Below, one piece after another: positions 17,680 through 25,668 of a stretch of DNA of 25,668 nt (positions are counted from its first letter, which is position 1; the number at the start of each line of letters is the position of its first letter). The stretch covers positions 1 through 25,668 of IMG/VR virus record IMGVR_UViG_3300036904_000025. The stretch is one strand, 5' to 3'. A model generated the notes under the pieces. It worked only from the letters and a program-made list of their open reading frames with translations, searched no databases and had not been told where the DNA came from. This stretch comes from a virus. Its lineage: Duplodnaviria; Caudoviricetes. Both the position numbers and the translations under genes were made by a program.

Positions 17680-18438
17680 TTAGTCGCCGAGCGTGTGCGA
17701 GCAGGTGAACTCGTAATCGTTGATGCCGGCGACGCCAGGTGCGGTGGTCGGCGCCACGGTGCGCGCCGTCGCATCGACGGTGGCGCTTGCGGCAGTATCG
17801 TCGGTTACGGCTCGTGCCCAGGCGGTGACACCGCCGGTGACGGTAGTGATGATCTTCGTAGCCTTCAGGAGCGTGAAGTTTGCGACGCCGGGCACGGTCG
17901 GGATGCCGAAGTCATTGGACGGCCCGATGCCAACCGTGTTGCCGGTGCCGGAGCCGCTCGCGACATAGCCGGATACCGTCGCCGAGGTTAGTGAGGCATA
18001 GGCCCACTTGCTCTTGACCGTCGCGCTCGCGTTCTCGATGAGGCTGATGTTTTCCGAGATCGCATTGCCATCCTGGTCGACACCGACGAGCTCCAGGTTG
18101 CCCGCGGTGATCGCGGTCGTGGTCGTGGTACCGATGACGATGCGGATCTGCAACTTGCGGGCTTGCGGCGGCTGCGCGGCGATCGTGAGCGCCGCATTGC
18201 TCGGCGTAACCGCGTTAACGACCGTCGTGAGATCGGCCGGCAGCGGTGCGAGAAAGGACGCCTTCACGATCGCGGTAAATCCGAACGTGAAGCCCTGGCC
18301 GAGCATCGATGTGACATCGGCGAACGGCACGTTGACGTAGCCGTTGCTGTCGACCGAATAGGTCGTGAGCGACTTGCTCGATTGAACCGTCGCGCCGGCG
18401 AGGGCCGGATTGCACATTCTCACGGTGGTGGTCGTCAT
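17680..18438 (-). CDS. Thr/Ala-rich beta-type protein, probable virion (decoration-like) protein
   Basis: GGAG RBS; T/S/A/G/V-rich composition; VVGVDQDGNAISENI segment. Confidence 0.75.
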   Translation of the reverse strand: MTTTTVRMCNPALAGATVQSSKSLTTYSVDSNGYVNVPFADVTSMLGQGFTFGFTAIVKASFLAPLPADLTTVVNAVTPSNAALTIAAQPPQARKLQIRIVIGTTTTTAITAGNLELVGVDQDGNAISENISLIENASATVKSKWAYASLTSATVSGYVASGSGTGNTVGIGPSNDFGIPTVPGVANFTLLKATKIITTVTGGVTAWARAVTDDTAASATVDATARTVAPTTAPGVAGINDYEFTCSHTLGD

Positions 18439-18686
18439 AGCTTTCTCCCAAAGAGCCGCGCGTTAAGCACGTGCAGCTGTTGCAGAACGTCGGACTCGGC
18501 CCGGCCGGCTCGCAGAGCGGCGAGACATTGCAACGAGATCGACTCGACGGTGCCGATCGCGAGGTCATTCAGTGCCGATCTAATCGGCGGCGGTAGCATG
18601 TCGAATGCAAAATATTCCGCATTGCGCTTCGCGGTGCGCTGCATCTCTGGCGGAAGCTGCGCCAAATGTTGCTCGACGCTAAACAC
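18435..18686 (-). CDS. Small hypothetical protein (FDxLPPxIR motif, DUF6525-like)
   Basis: Overlap-coupled at both ends; AFDMLPPPIRSALN. Confidence 0.65.
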   Translation of the reverse strand: MFSVEQHLAQLPPEMQRTAKRNAEYFAFDMLPPPIRSALNDLAIGTVESISLQCLAALRAGRAESDVLQQLHVLNARLFGRKL

Positions 18687-18846
18687 GCTTCCGTTCGATC
18701 ACTTTCGAGTGCTGGACGATGAACGAGGCGGCGACTTCCTCGTCGATGACGAGCACGCCGGCAAGCTCGCTCAACAGAAGCGCCCAGACATAAAGCGATG
18801 ACCACCATGGCAGCCGTAATGTCAGCGCGATCTCTTTGCTCGCCAT
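18679..18846 (-). CDS. 55-aa hypothetical protein (below ORF-track cutoff)
   Basis: MASKEIALTLRLPWWSSLYVWALLLSELAGVLVIDEEVAASFIVQHSKVIERKRV; ATG abuts the upstream TGA and the stop overlaps the next GTG. Confidence 0.6.
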   Translation of the reverse strand: MASKEIALTLRLPWWSSLYVWALLLSELAGVLVIDEEVAASFIVQHSKVIERKRV

Positions 18847-18930
18847 TCAGATGATGCCTTTGGCTTCGAGCGCGATGAAAACGGTCATCGCCACGATGGC
18901 CGCGACCAGGATGGCGCCGCCGTCGATCAC
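18847..18930 (-). CDS. 27-aa single-TM peptide
   Basis: MIDGGAILVAAIVAMTVFIALEAKGII; GTGA overlap with the glycosyltransferase stop. Confidence 0.55.
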   Translation of the reverse strand: MIDGGAILVAAIVAMTVFIALEAKGII

Positions 18931-19592
18931 GGCTGCAGGCCCTGGATGCATCGGCGAGCACGGCCGAGCGCATCGTTGAAGCCATGCTCGCGAAACGCGT
19001 GATAGACACGCTCGTCTTCAGGTTGGCATGCGATGCCTGCCTGATACGTGGCGTCGATTGGTGCCTTCCCGTTCATGTGGTGCCGGTGCTCGATCTTCAC
19101 GTCGTCGCAATGGACGTGATTGCCGAGAGCGCGCGCTAGGTCGTGCCATAGGTTGTCGGCGTAGAGATGTTTGACGCCAGGCAGAACGAGCCAGCCGAGC
19201 GCTCGCACCAGATCGCCGCCGAACGTGTTGATGGTGAGGATTGGATTTTGAGCGCTCACCCAACCGTCGTCAAAGCTCGCCATGTTGTGGCGACCGGCGG
19301 CGGCGGAGAGCTTCACATCCCAGCCGGCCGTCTCGACGATGAAGTCGTCGTTGAGCAGACCATACCAGGGCTCATCGCGGTTGCGCTCGAACACGTCATT
19401 GAGCCGCGGACAGAGCGCTGGCTGATCCGAGAACTCGATGCGCCAATCTGCCGGCAGTTTCAGCTGCTCGTAAGCCGGGTCGATATCGCCGCCGACGCTA
19501 ACGACGCCCGGCGTGGTCGTCTCGGCTGCGGCGATACTGTCGAGCGCCTGCTGACAACGCTCAGGTCGGCCGCGGGTCGGCAGGATCCACAT
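18927..19592 (-). CDS. GT-A fold (GT2-like) glycosyltransferase
   Basis: ILPTRGRP N-terminal motif, GLLNDDF (DxD-like), HLYADN and IEHRHH. Confidence 0.82.
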   Translation of the reverse strand: MWILPTRGRPERCQQALDSIAAAETTTPGVVSVGGDIDPAYEQLKLPADWRIEFSDQPALCPRLNDVFERNRDEPWYGLLNDDFIVETAGWDVKLSAAAGRHNMASFDDGWVSAQNPILTINTFGGDLVRALGWLVLPGVKHLYADNLWHDLARALGNHVHCDDVKIEHRHHMNGKAPIDATYQAGIACQPEDERVYHAFREHGFNDALGRARRCIQGLQP

Positions 19593-19601
19593 CGCCGGCC
19601 T

Positions 19602-19733
19602 TCAGCTATGGCGATACAGAACGGTGCCGAGGAACGCGGCTAGCGCGAGCGAGGCGAGGAACGCGGTGGCGGTCGCCACAGGGCCAGCCGCAGCGATCGT
19701 CGCCTGGATATTTGCAAGCGCCGTCTCGATCAC
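19602..19733 (-). CDS. 43-aa single-TM peptide
   Basis: GAGGAG RBS and GTG start overlapping the upstream TGA; MIETALANIQATIAAAGPVATATAFLASLALAAFLGTVLYRHS. Confidence 0.6.
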   Translation of the reverse strand: MIETALANIQATIAAAGPVATATAFLASLALAAFLGTVLYRHS

Positions 19734-19816
19734 GATCGTCGTCTCCTCGCTGACCAAACAATCACGCCGATCATAAAGCCGATGCTCGCTGCGATGATCC
19801 AGTCGGCGCCGCTCAT
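19730..19816 (-). CDS. 28-aa single-TM peptide with a basic C-terminus
   Basis: GAGGAG RBS; MSGADWIIAASIGFMIGVIVWSARRRRS. Confidence 0.6.
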   Translation of the reverse strand: MSGADWIIAASIGFMIGVIVWSARRRRS

Positions 19817-19839
19817 AAACTCGACTCCTCGACCACCTG

Positions 19840-21591
19840 TCAGGGCGGCGTGGTTAACATTCGTTCAGCACCGATCGCGACCAGCGCATTCACGTCATCG
19901 GGATGCACTGTAACGAGCGATCCGATGCCTACGAGATACGATCGCCCATCGAGCCCGGAGATGTTGGATATTCCGGCCGGCATCCTCAGCGCGACGCCGC
20001 TCTTTGCCGCGATGGCAGGAGACGACGACTGCGCCTTCTGGTCTTGCAGCTTTTGCGCTTCGATCTTGTAGAACTCGAAGACGCCGGCGCCGGCGAACTG
20101 CGGCTTAGCAAAGGCGAGCACCAGCGCATCCCAGTCGTCAGGAGAAACGCCCTTGGTGCGTTTCTTCATGTCGGCCTTGGCTTCGATCTGGATCTCGCCG
20201 GAGCTCGTGTATTTGTATTTTATCTGCGCGGCCTGCGAGAGCAGATCATCGTTGTCGCCCTCGAGCGCGATCGATCCGTCGATGAACCTGGTGCGCATGC
20301 CCCAGCTGAGTTCAGCGCGCAGATTTTTGAAGCGCTCGTCCGCGAGATTCGTACCAGGTGCCTCACCGACATTGATCGGCACGATCTCGACGTTCGCCAG
20401 GACGGCCTTCGCCTCGGCATCGTCGGGCTTGCTCGAGTATTTGAGCTCGCGCAGCCGATCGGTCACACCGCCGCCGAGGCCGATGTCGTCGATCTTGACC
20501 GCGCGCGCGCCGGTTTCCTTGATGGAGCGGATCACCATCCCGACGACGTGCATCAGGTCGCGGTTTTGATCCTTGGCAACGCGTTTGGCCCGTGGACCTT
20601 GGCGGTTGATAATCACCGTCGAGTCGCCGCCGAAGCGCGCAACGTCGACGCCGAGCTCATTCGGATCGCCGGGCGGTAGCTCGCGCGATTTCGCCGCATT
20701 GAGCGCCGAGATCGGGATCAGGCTGTCAGTCGACTGCTCCGGAAACTTGCCGAGCACTTTCGACTGGTACAGCGGCGATTGCTCGCCCCACTTCTTCAGC
20801 TTTTCGGCGACCCACGTCTTGCTGATCAGCAGCGGCCGCAAAAACTCCGGCACCTCCTCGCCCGTGAAATTTGGGCTGTCGAATGCACTGATCGGGATGA
20901 CGTTCCAGCCGGAGCCGGGCTTGCACACCTCGGCGAATTCGGTGTTTGGATCGTCGGGGTTGCCGATGATGAGGATCCGCGAGTCTTCATTCGCGATCAG
21001 CGTGTCGGCAGCGTCGATCAGTTCCTTGCCGACACCGCAGCCCTCATCGACGACGACCAGCACCTTCGGCGCGTGAATGCCCTGGATCGCCGTCGGGTCG
21101 GTATCCTTCGGCGATCGGCCGAAGCCGACGAGCTCGCCACCGATCCACCACTCCGTCTGGTTGGTGTGACCGGGCAGCCCGCCGGCGCCGTGCACGCGAT
21201 TTATCTCGCGCCAGAGGATGCCGCGGACCTGGTGATAGGTCGGCGCCAGCGTGACGACGAACGCTTCGCCAGGCTCGTGCACCGATAGCCACCAGGCGCA
21301 GACCCGGCCGGCGATCGCGCTCTTGCCGACGTCGTGGCAGCTCGGCACCGCGGTGCGCCGATTGCGCAGAACGCTTTCGCATATCTGTCGCTGCTTCGAC
21401 CACAAGAAGCCGAGCAGCACCGTGTTGACGAAGCCGACCGGATCGGCCCGCCACTTAGTGAACCGAGCCGTCTCGCTCTTGCGTCGGCGTTCCTTCTCGG
21501 CCTTCAGCGCTGTCAGAACTTGCCCCAGCAGCTCCCGCGGCAACGCTGACGGCAAGTCCGAGACGTTCGATAAGGATTGCGAGTTGGGCAT
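19840..21591 (-). CDS. terL: Terminase large subunit with a C-terminal extra module
   Basis: Adenine-binding WSKQ, Walker A SCHDVGKS, Walker B VVVDEG, coupling motif IGNP, nuclease LGVDVARFGGD and SPDDWDAL. Confidence 0.95.
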   Translation of the reverse strand: MPNSQSLSNVSDLPSALPRELLGQVLTALKAEKERRRKSETARFTKWRADPVGFVNTVLLGFLWSKQRQICESVLRNRRTAVPSCHDVGKSAIAGRVCAWWLSVHEPGEAFVVTLAPTYHQVRGILWREINRVHGAGGLPGHTNQTEWWIGGELVGFGRSPKDTDPTAIQGIHAPKVLVVVDEGCGVGKELIDAADTLIANEDSRILIIGNPDDPNTEFAEVCKPGSGWNVIPISAFDSPNFTGEEVPEFLRPLLISKTWVAEKLKKWGEQSPLYQSKVLGKFPEQSTDSLIPISALNAAKSRELPPGDPNELGVDVARFGGDSTVIINRQGPRAKRVAKDQNRDLMHVVGMVIRSIKETGARAVKIDDIGLGGGVTDRLRELKYSSKPDDAEAKAVLANVEIVPINVGEAPGTNLADERFKNLRAELSWGMRTRFIDGSIALEGDNDDLLSQAAQIKYKYTSSGEIQIEAKADMKKRTKGVSPDDWDALVLAFAKPQFAGAGVFEFYKIEAQKLQDQKAQSSSPAIAAKSGVALRMPAGISNISGLDGRSYLVGIGSLVTVHPDDVNALVAIGAERMLTTPP

Positions 21592-21844
21592 CGCTCAACG
21601 CTGAGATGTTGATTGAACCGAGAGCGAGTGCGGCACCGTCTTCGCCGGTGATGGCTTGCGGTACTCGGCCGTCGAGACGATCGGCGAGTTCCTTGATGGC
21701 CGAGACGTCACCGCCAGCGGCCTTCTCGATGAGCTTCTTTGCGACAGCGCGCAGGCCTTTCGGATTTTCGGCAAGCTCCGCGATCTCGAGACGAAGTGCC
21801 GCGAGGAACGGCTTGTCGCGTTGCTGTCCTCTGGGGTTGGCCAT
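21455..21844 (-). CDS. Putative terminase small subunit (DUF5681-like)
   Basis: Directly upstream of terL; MANPRG...LIEKAAGGDVSAIKELADRLDGRVPQ and LSDAQL motifs. Confidence 0.75.
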   Translation of the reverse strand: MANPRGQQRDKPFLAALRLEIAELAENPKGLRAVAKKLIEKAAGGDVSAIKELADRLDGRVPQAITGEDGAALALGSINISALSDAQLAILIERLGLAVSVAAGAAGASSDSAEGREGTPTQERDGSVH

Positions 21845-22156
21845 TTGAAATCTTAACTCTTTGCACCGTTGCAAATTTTCTTTGACGGATTGCCTATCGG
21901 ACGGCGGCCCTCAAGGCCGCCAGTCGCCGGGCCGCGAAGATCGTCGCGACGCGATGACCGTCTGTCCGGACAGTGCACTGAATGAAAGCTGAGTTTGAAG
22001 TTGAAGACTGAACGTCCGAACTTACTGCAGAGGAGCGCTCGCTTAGACCCCTTCGGGGTCAGCTCGCTCCTTCAAGACGGAGTAAGAGACGTGGGCGCAC
22101 GCGCGTAATGCCTGAAATCCTGAATCGTCGTCAAGCTGCTCGCGTTGGTTGAAAAC

Positions 22157-22195
22157 GTTACTGTTGGGCGTTACGGGGGTGTTACATTGCGTTAC
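22157..22195. repeat. Four GTTAC direct repeats at 13/11/10-bp spacing
   Basis: GTTAC at 22157, 22170, 22181 and 22191. Confidence 0.7.
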
Positions 22196-22244
22196 CTGGT
22201 GATCATCCAGGTGACGGAAAACGCTATCAGTTAAAGTTGCATTT

Positions 22245-22748
22245 CTATCGGCGCGGCAATTGGTTGGCTCTGATTTCTGCAGCGACACGCGCGAGAATGT
22301 CACGCTTGTAACGCTCGACGAATTGGGAGAATGGTGGCGTTGCTCGGCCGCGCTTGGCATTACGCTCACGCTTAAGCCGATACGATGCATTGATTGTCCG
22401 CAATTCACCGGCACTTTTCATCTGCTCGAAGATTTTATTAACTCTGCCAATTAAATTTTGTGCGCGTTGCAGCACCATGGAGTGGGGTGTGAGCGTTACT
22501 GCACGCTCTGATGCCGTTACGGTAACGCACTCGATGGCCGTAACACCGGTTTGATTCGCCGCTCGGCGGCGCGATGCGGCCGCGAGTGCACTCGCCTCGG
22601 CCGCCGACACCCACCAGGCCGCCGCCGGCGCGAGCTTGATTAGCTGATCAATATTAGCTGTTGAAGATATCCGTGGTGGATCGCGGGCGACATGGACTGC
22701 CGCCAAGCCGAACTCATCGATGCACGCCTGCAGCAATCGATCGCCCAT
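22245..22748 (-). CDS. Hypothetical protein
   Basis: GGTGGG RBS-like sequence 11 nt after the previous stop; basic helical C-terminus (LRTINASYRLKRE...PPFSQFVERYK). Confidence 0.55.
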   Translation of the reverse strand: MGDRLLQACIDEFGLAAVHVARDPPRISSTANIDQLIKLAPAAAWWVSAAEASALAAASRRRAANQTGVTAIECVTVTASERAVTLTPHSMVLQRAQNLIGRVNKIFEQMKSAGELRTINASYRLKRERNAKRGRATPPFSQFVERYKRDILARVAAEIRANQLPRR

Positions 22749-22759
22749 CCCACCGCGTT

Positions 22760-23296
22760 CTATCGCACCGGCACGCGATCGCGATCAAGTCGTCTGGCTA
22801 TGATGCGCAGGCCTTCGCGAGCCGGGCCCGGCGTCTCGTCTTTGCGGAACATGCCGGCAGCCCAGCCGGTCACCAGCATCGCGAGATCATCGCGCGTGTG
22901 CAGATACTTGAGCGGCCAAGCTAAAGCTTCTTCTGCGCGCTCGATCGCCTCTTTGGATGGCAGGATCTTGGTCCGGTTTAGGTCGGCATAGAGCTGCCGC
23001 AGCGTGCCAGATTTCTGCGCTTCGTTCATGAGCTCGGTAATCTCGCCGGGCGTCATCGATTGATAGCCAGGCCACGCGCTCGCGTAGCGGCGCGGCCCAA
23101 CACTGATGCGCATGCGAGCAATCGTCCTGTACGCTTCGATCAGCCGTTCGCCGACAAGTTCGGCATCCCAGGCGACGGGTAGCGGCTTCGGGTTGAGCAG
23201 CGGTACTGGCGCTGTCGTTACGGCGCGCGTTACCGATGGCTCTATATAATGTAACGCCTTAGCCTCATCGCTTGGTAAGTCACTGTTTTTATTCAT
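22760..23296 (-). CDS. DUF6362-like protein (possible late transcription regulator)
   Basis: WDAELVGERLIEAYRTIARM...GPRRYASAWP...PSKEAIERAEEALAWP; lies between the replication and packaging modules. Start uncertain. Confidence 0.65.
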   Translation of the reverse strand: MNKNSDLPSDEAKALHYIEPSVTRAVTTAPVPLLNPKPLPVAWDAELVGERLIEAYRTIARMRISVGPRRYASAWPGYQSMTPGEITELMNEAQKSGTLRQLYADLNRTKILPSKEAIERAEEALAWPLKYLHTRDDLAMLVTGWAAGMFRKDETPGPAREGLRIIARRLDRDRVPVR

Positions 23297-23345
23297 TTTC
23301 GTGCGTTACATCGACTGTTACAAAACACTCAACCGCAACCGTAAC
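23217..23345. repeat. Two GTTAC-N7-GTTAC...GTAAC units downstream of the primase-helicase
   Basis: GTTAC 23217/23229 with GTAAC 23251, and GTTAC 23305/23317 with GTAAC 23341, around AT-rich sequence. Confidence 0.65.
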
Positions 23346-23358
23346 GACGGCCTCGTCT

Positions 23359-25485
23359 TCACCGTGTGAAGTCCTCGATATCGTGAGGCAACTCCGGCTC
23401 GTCGGCCCTTGGCGCGCTCGAAGGCGCGCCCGTCGTCATCCCCTCGATCGGCCGCCCGGTCCACCAGATGTAAGGATTGTCGGCGCCGATGACCTTGCGG
23501 TCGCCGAGCTCCTTGCGCGCACGGCTGAGCGCGGTCCGAAGCCGCTGCGAATGATCGCGCGGATCCTCGCCGTCGTTGAGCTCTCGGCGCGCAAATATCT
23601 TCTTGACGTGATTGTAATCGACGATCTTGCCGACCGACCGCGGCAGACCGAGCATGCTGGCCGTAGCCGTACCATGGGAATCGAGGGCCTCGAATAGCGC
23701 ATCCATGAACCGGCGCTGCTGTGGCGATAGCACCGCGGCGCCAGGCGTGCCGCTCTTGCCCGCCTCAGCCGGCTCTACCGGCACGCACGATGTCTTGGGC
23801 TTGCCATATTTATCCAGGCGGCCGACGTCGACGTTCCTGAGCACAAATTCCCAGGTGGTGCCGTCGAGGCCCTCGCGTTGCTTGAGCACCTTGATCCGCC
23901 GCAACGCATGCCCTTCGGCGTCGCGCAGCGGCACCGGCTCGCGATCTTCGGATAGGCGCTTCGATATATCGATCGCCGTCTCGATGTTGTTGTAGAGCTG
24001 CTCGTTGCCGCGGTGCTTGCCCGCCGCGTTCTTGTGACCGATGATCCAGCACGCAGATTTCGTAGCGCCCATGATCGCCTTGTAGCGATCGCGGATGACG
24101 CCGGAATCCTTGCTCGCCACCTCGTCCATTCCTGGCGTAGCGGCATTGTGAGTGTCGATCACGACGGCGCCGAGACGAACGCCGCGGAACTTCTGATCGG
24201 CAATCCACATGATCTCCTCGATCAGCGCATCGGTATTCACCGCATCTGACCAGAGATCCACAGGCTTCGTCAGTACACCAAATGGAAGATCGTCGAGCCG
24301 TAACCCGAAATGCCGGCGATAGGCGCGCATGCGATCGCGAAACCCCTTGCCGGCCTCGTATGCGCAATAAACCACGCCGAATGGCTTGAGCACGCGCCGC
24401 CCGAAAAACGGTTCGCCCCGGGCGCCGCACATCGCCATGTGGGTCGTCAAAAACGATTTGCCGGATTGCGACTCGCCGATGATCAGCATCGGCTCGCTTT
24501 CCGGCGCCAAATCCTCGATCAGATATTCATACTCCTCGCCTGGCTGATCTTGATCGGCCCACATGACCAGACCGAAGCGGGATTGCCTCATATCCGGCGA
24601 CCACGCCGGCGCGCCTTCGGCGAGAGAATAGAGCTGCTCGACCGTTCCGCCGGCGTCGGCCCAATCAACGACATCGCCTTTGGCGCGCAGACCAGGGAGC
24701 GCGAGCACACGAAGATCGGCGGCCACTGGCGCGAGGGAAGCGCCGACGACATCGATGTGCTTGCGACCAGCGTCGTCATTGTCCGGCAGCATCAATACCC
24801 TGGCGCCACGGAAGATGTCTGCGAAGCTGTCCGGCCATTTGCTCGAGCCCATCGGATTGCATGTGGCCGGCACGCCGAATGACCAGAGCAGATCGGCTTT
24901 TTTTTCGCCCTCGACGATAAAGACCTGGCGATCCTCAGCAATTGCTTCGATCAGTTCCGGGAGACGGTAAGGGACGAGCCGCGTACCCTTGAGGTTCCAT
25001 ACCCAACCGCCGGCGCCATCAGGGCGCCGCTGCGAGAATGTTTTTCGACGCTTGTCATCTTTGTCGACGGTGAAGCTGCCGTCAGGATTGCGGAAAACGT
25101 ACCGAAGCGCCTGGTAGAGAAGGGCGCCGGCTTCGTCGACATAGTCGTAAGTCGCCTCGACGACGCGCTCGGCCGAGTCCTGGCGCGTATGGCCGTTCGT
25201 GCCTTTGTGATGGCGATCCTCGCCTACATCGAGGCCGAGCTCGCGCATGAAGTCGAAAGCCGCGCCGGCGGCGAGGCCTTTCTGATTCTCAAGAAACCAT
25301 AGAACGCCGCCGCCCTCATTGAGCTCGTGCGAAAAAACTGTGCCCTTCTCGAGATCGACAGACCATGATCCGTGCGTGCCGAAGCGCAGCTCTGCCTTGC
25401 TCGACATGCGAGGGTTCGGATCGCCAAGCACGGCGCGCGCGACGGGCTCCATAAACCGGCCTAGATCTGGGCCCGTAGACGCCAT
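23359..25485 (-). CDS. Primase-helicase (TOPRIM + RepA/AAA_25-type helicase)
   Basis: TOPRIM motifs VFIVEGEKKAD and LPDNDDAG; Walker A GESQSGKS; Walker B VVIDT; IIGHKN; KQREG. Start among the ATGs at 25497/25491/25485. Confidence 0.92.
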   Translation of the reverse strand: MASTGPDLGRFMEPVARAVLGDPNPRMSSKAELRFGTHGSWSVDLEKGTVFSHELNEGGGVLWFLENQKGLAAGAAFDFMRELGLDVGEDRHHKGTNGHTRQDSAERVVEATYDYVDEAGALLYQALRYVFRNPDGSFTVDKDDKRRKTFSQRRPDGAGGWVWNLKGTRLVPYRLPELIEAIAEDRQVFIVEGEKKADLLWSFGVPATCNPMGSSKWPDSFADIFRGARVLMLPDNDDAGRKHIDVVGASLAPVAADLRVLALPGLRAKGDVVDWADAGGTVEQLYSLAEGAPAWSPDMRQSRFGLVMWADQDQPGEEYEYLIEDLAPESEPMLIIGESQSGKSFLTTHMAMCGARGEPFFGRRVLKPFGVVYCAYEAGKGFRDRMRAYRRHFGLRLDDLPFGVLTKPVDLWSDAVNTDALIEEIMWIADQKFRGVRLGAVVIDTHNAATPGMDEVASKDSGVIRDRYKAIMGATKSACWIIGHKNAAGKHRGNEQLYNNIETAIDISKRLSEDREPVPLRDAEGHALRRIKVLKQREGLDGTTWEFVLRNVDVGRLDKYGKPKTSCVPVEPAEAGKSGTPGAAVLSPQQRRFMDALFEALDSHGTATASMLGLPRSVGKIVDYNHVKKIFARRELNDGEDPRDHSQRLRTALSRARKELGDRKVIGADNPYIWWTGRPIEGMTTGAPSSAPRADEPELPHDIEDFTR

Positions 25486-25501
25486 GGTCATTTCCATCCA
25501 T

Positions 25502-25666
25502 TCAGCAGTCGAGCACGGCGGCGAAGAGATTGTCGGTCGCGATGAGCTCGATACAAACGGCGGCGAGGATCGCCGCGCTCGTTCCACGTCGAGCAGCCTG
25601 GCGCTCGAACTCCGTTAGCGCATCGCGCGAAATGGTCATTGTGAACGGTGATAGATCGCCGCGGAC
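25502..25666 (-). CDS. 3' end of a small hypothetical phage protein
   Basis: Open frame ...ISRDALTEFERQAARRGTSAAILAAVCIELIATDNLFAAVLDC* ending just before the primase start. Confidence 0.6.
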   Translation of the reverse strand, partial: VRGDLSPFTMTISRDALTEFERQAARRGTSAAILAAVCIELIATDNLFAAVLDC

Positions 25667-25668
25667 TT

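Larger units (their letters stand above)
1..25668 (-). mobile_element. Tailed phage / prophage segment (replication, packaging, head and tail modules); extends beyond both window edges
   Basis: Co-oriented, tightly packed run of primase-helicase, terminase, portal, protease, capsid, neck, tail tube, chaperone, tape measure and Dit-like genes. No sheath gene, integrase or att site in the window. Confidence 0.97.

Noticed and set aside
18569-19009. 146-aa minus-strand ORF
   Set aside because: The region is better explained by the coupled small ORFs and the glycosyltransferase 3' end.
22043-22414. 123-aa minus-strand ORF
   Set aside because: Overlaps 22245..22748 and runs through repeats and hairpins; no RBS or motif seen.
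25486-25587. N-terminal extension of the primase ORF (also the extended starts at 5171, 14259 and 21874)
   Set aside because: These extensions overlap upstream genes or lack an RBS; internal ATGs fit better.

Overview
GC-rich window occupied entirely by a tailed-phage (siphovirus-like, probably alphaproteobacterial) genome or prophage, with all credible genes on the minus strand. In transcription order: TOPRIM/AAA primase-helicase, DUF6362-like protein, a GTTAC-repeat-rich and structured noncoding region, terminase small and large subunits, a glycosyltransferase among small membrane ORFs, a Thr-rich protein, a 1008-aa portal + 2H-phosphoesterase (Acb1-like) + MuF fusion, two DUF6527-like proteins, prohead protease/scaffold, major capsid, neck and tail genes, a tail chaperone with a -1 frameshift, tape measure, a DUF2460 Dit-like protein with IPT and lectin domains, and an OafA-type acyltransferase running off the left edge. 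Highlights are a possibly virion-packaged anti-defence cassette in the head module, recurring phi-x-K candidate maturation sites, three covarying GNRA hairpins in the capsid leader, and a small module shared by TerL and two head-region proteins. Family assignments come from motif recognition by eye; no searches were run.
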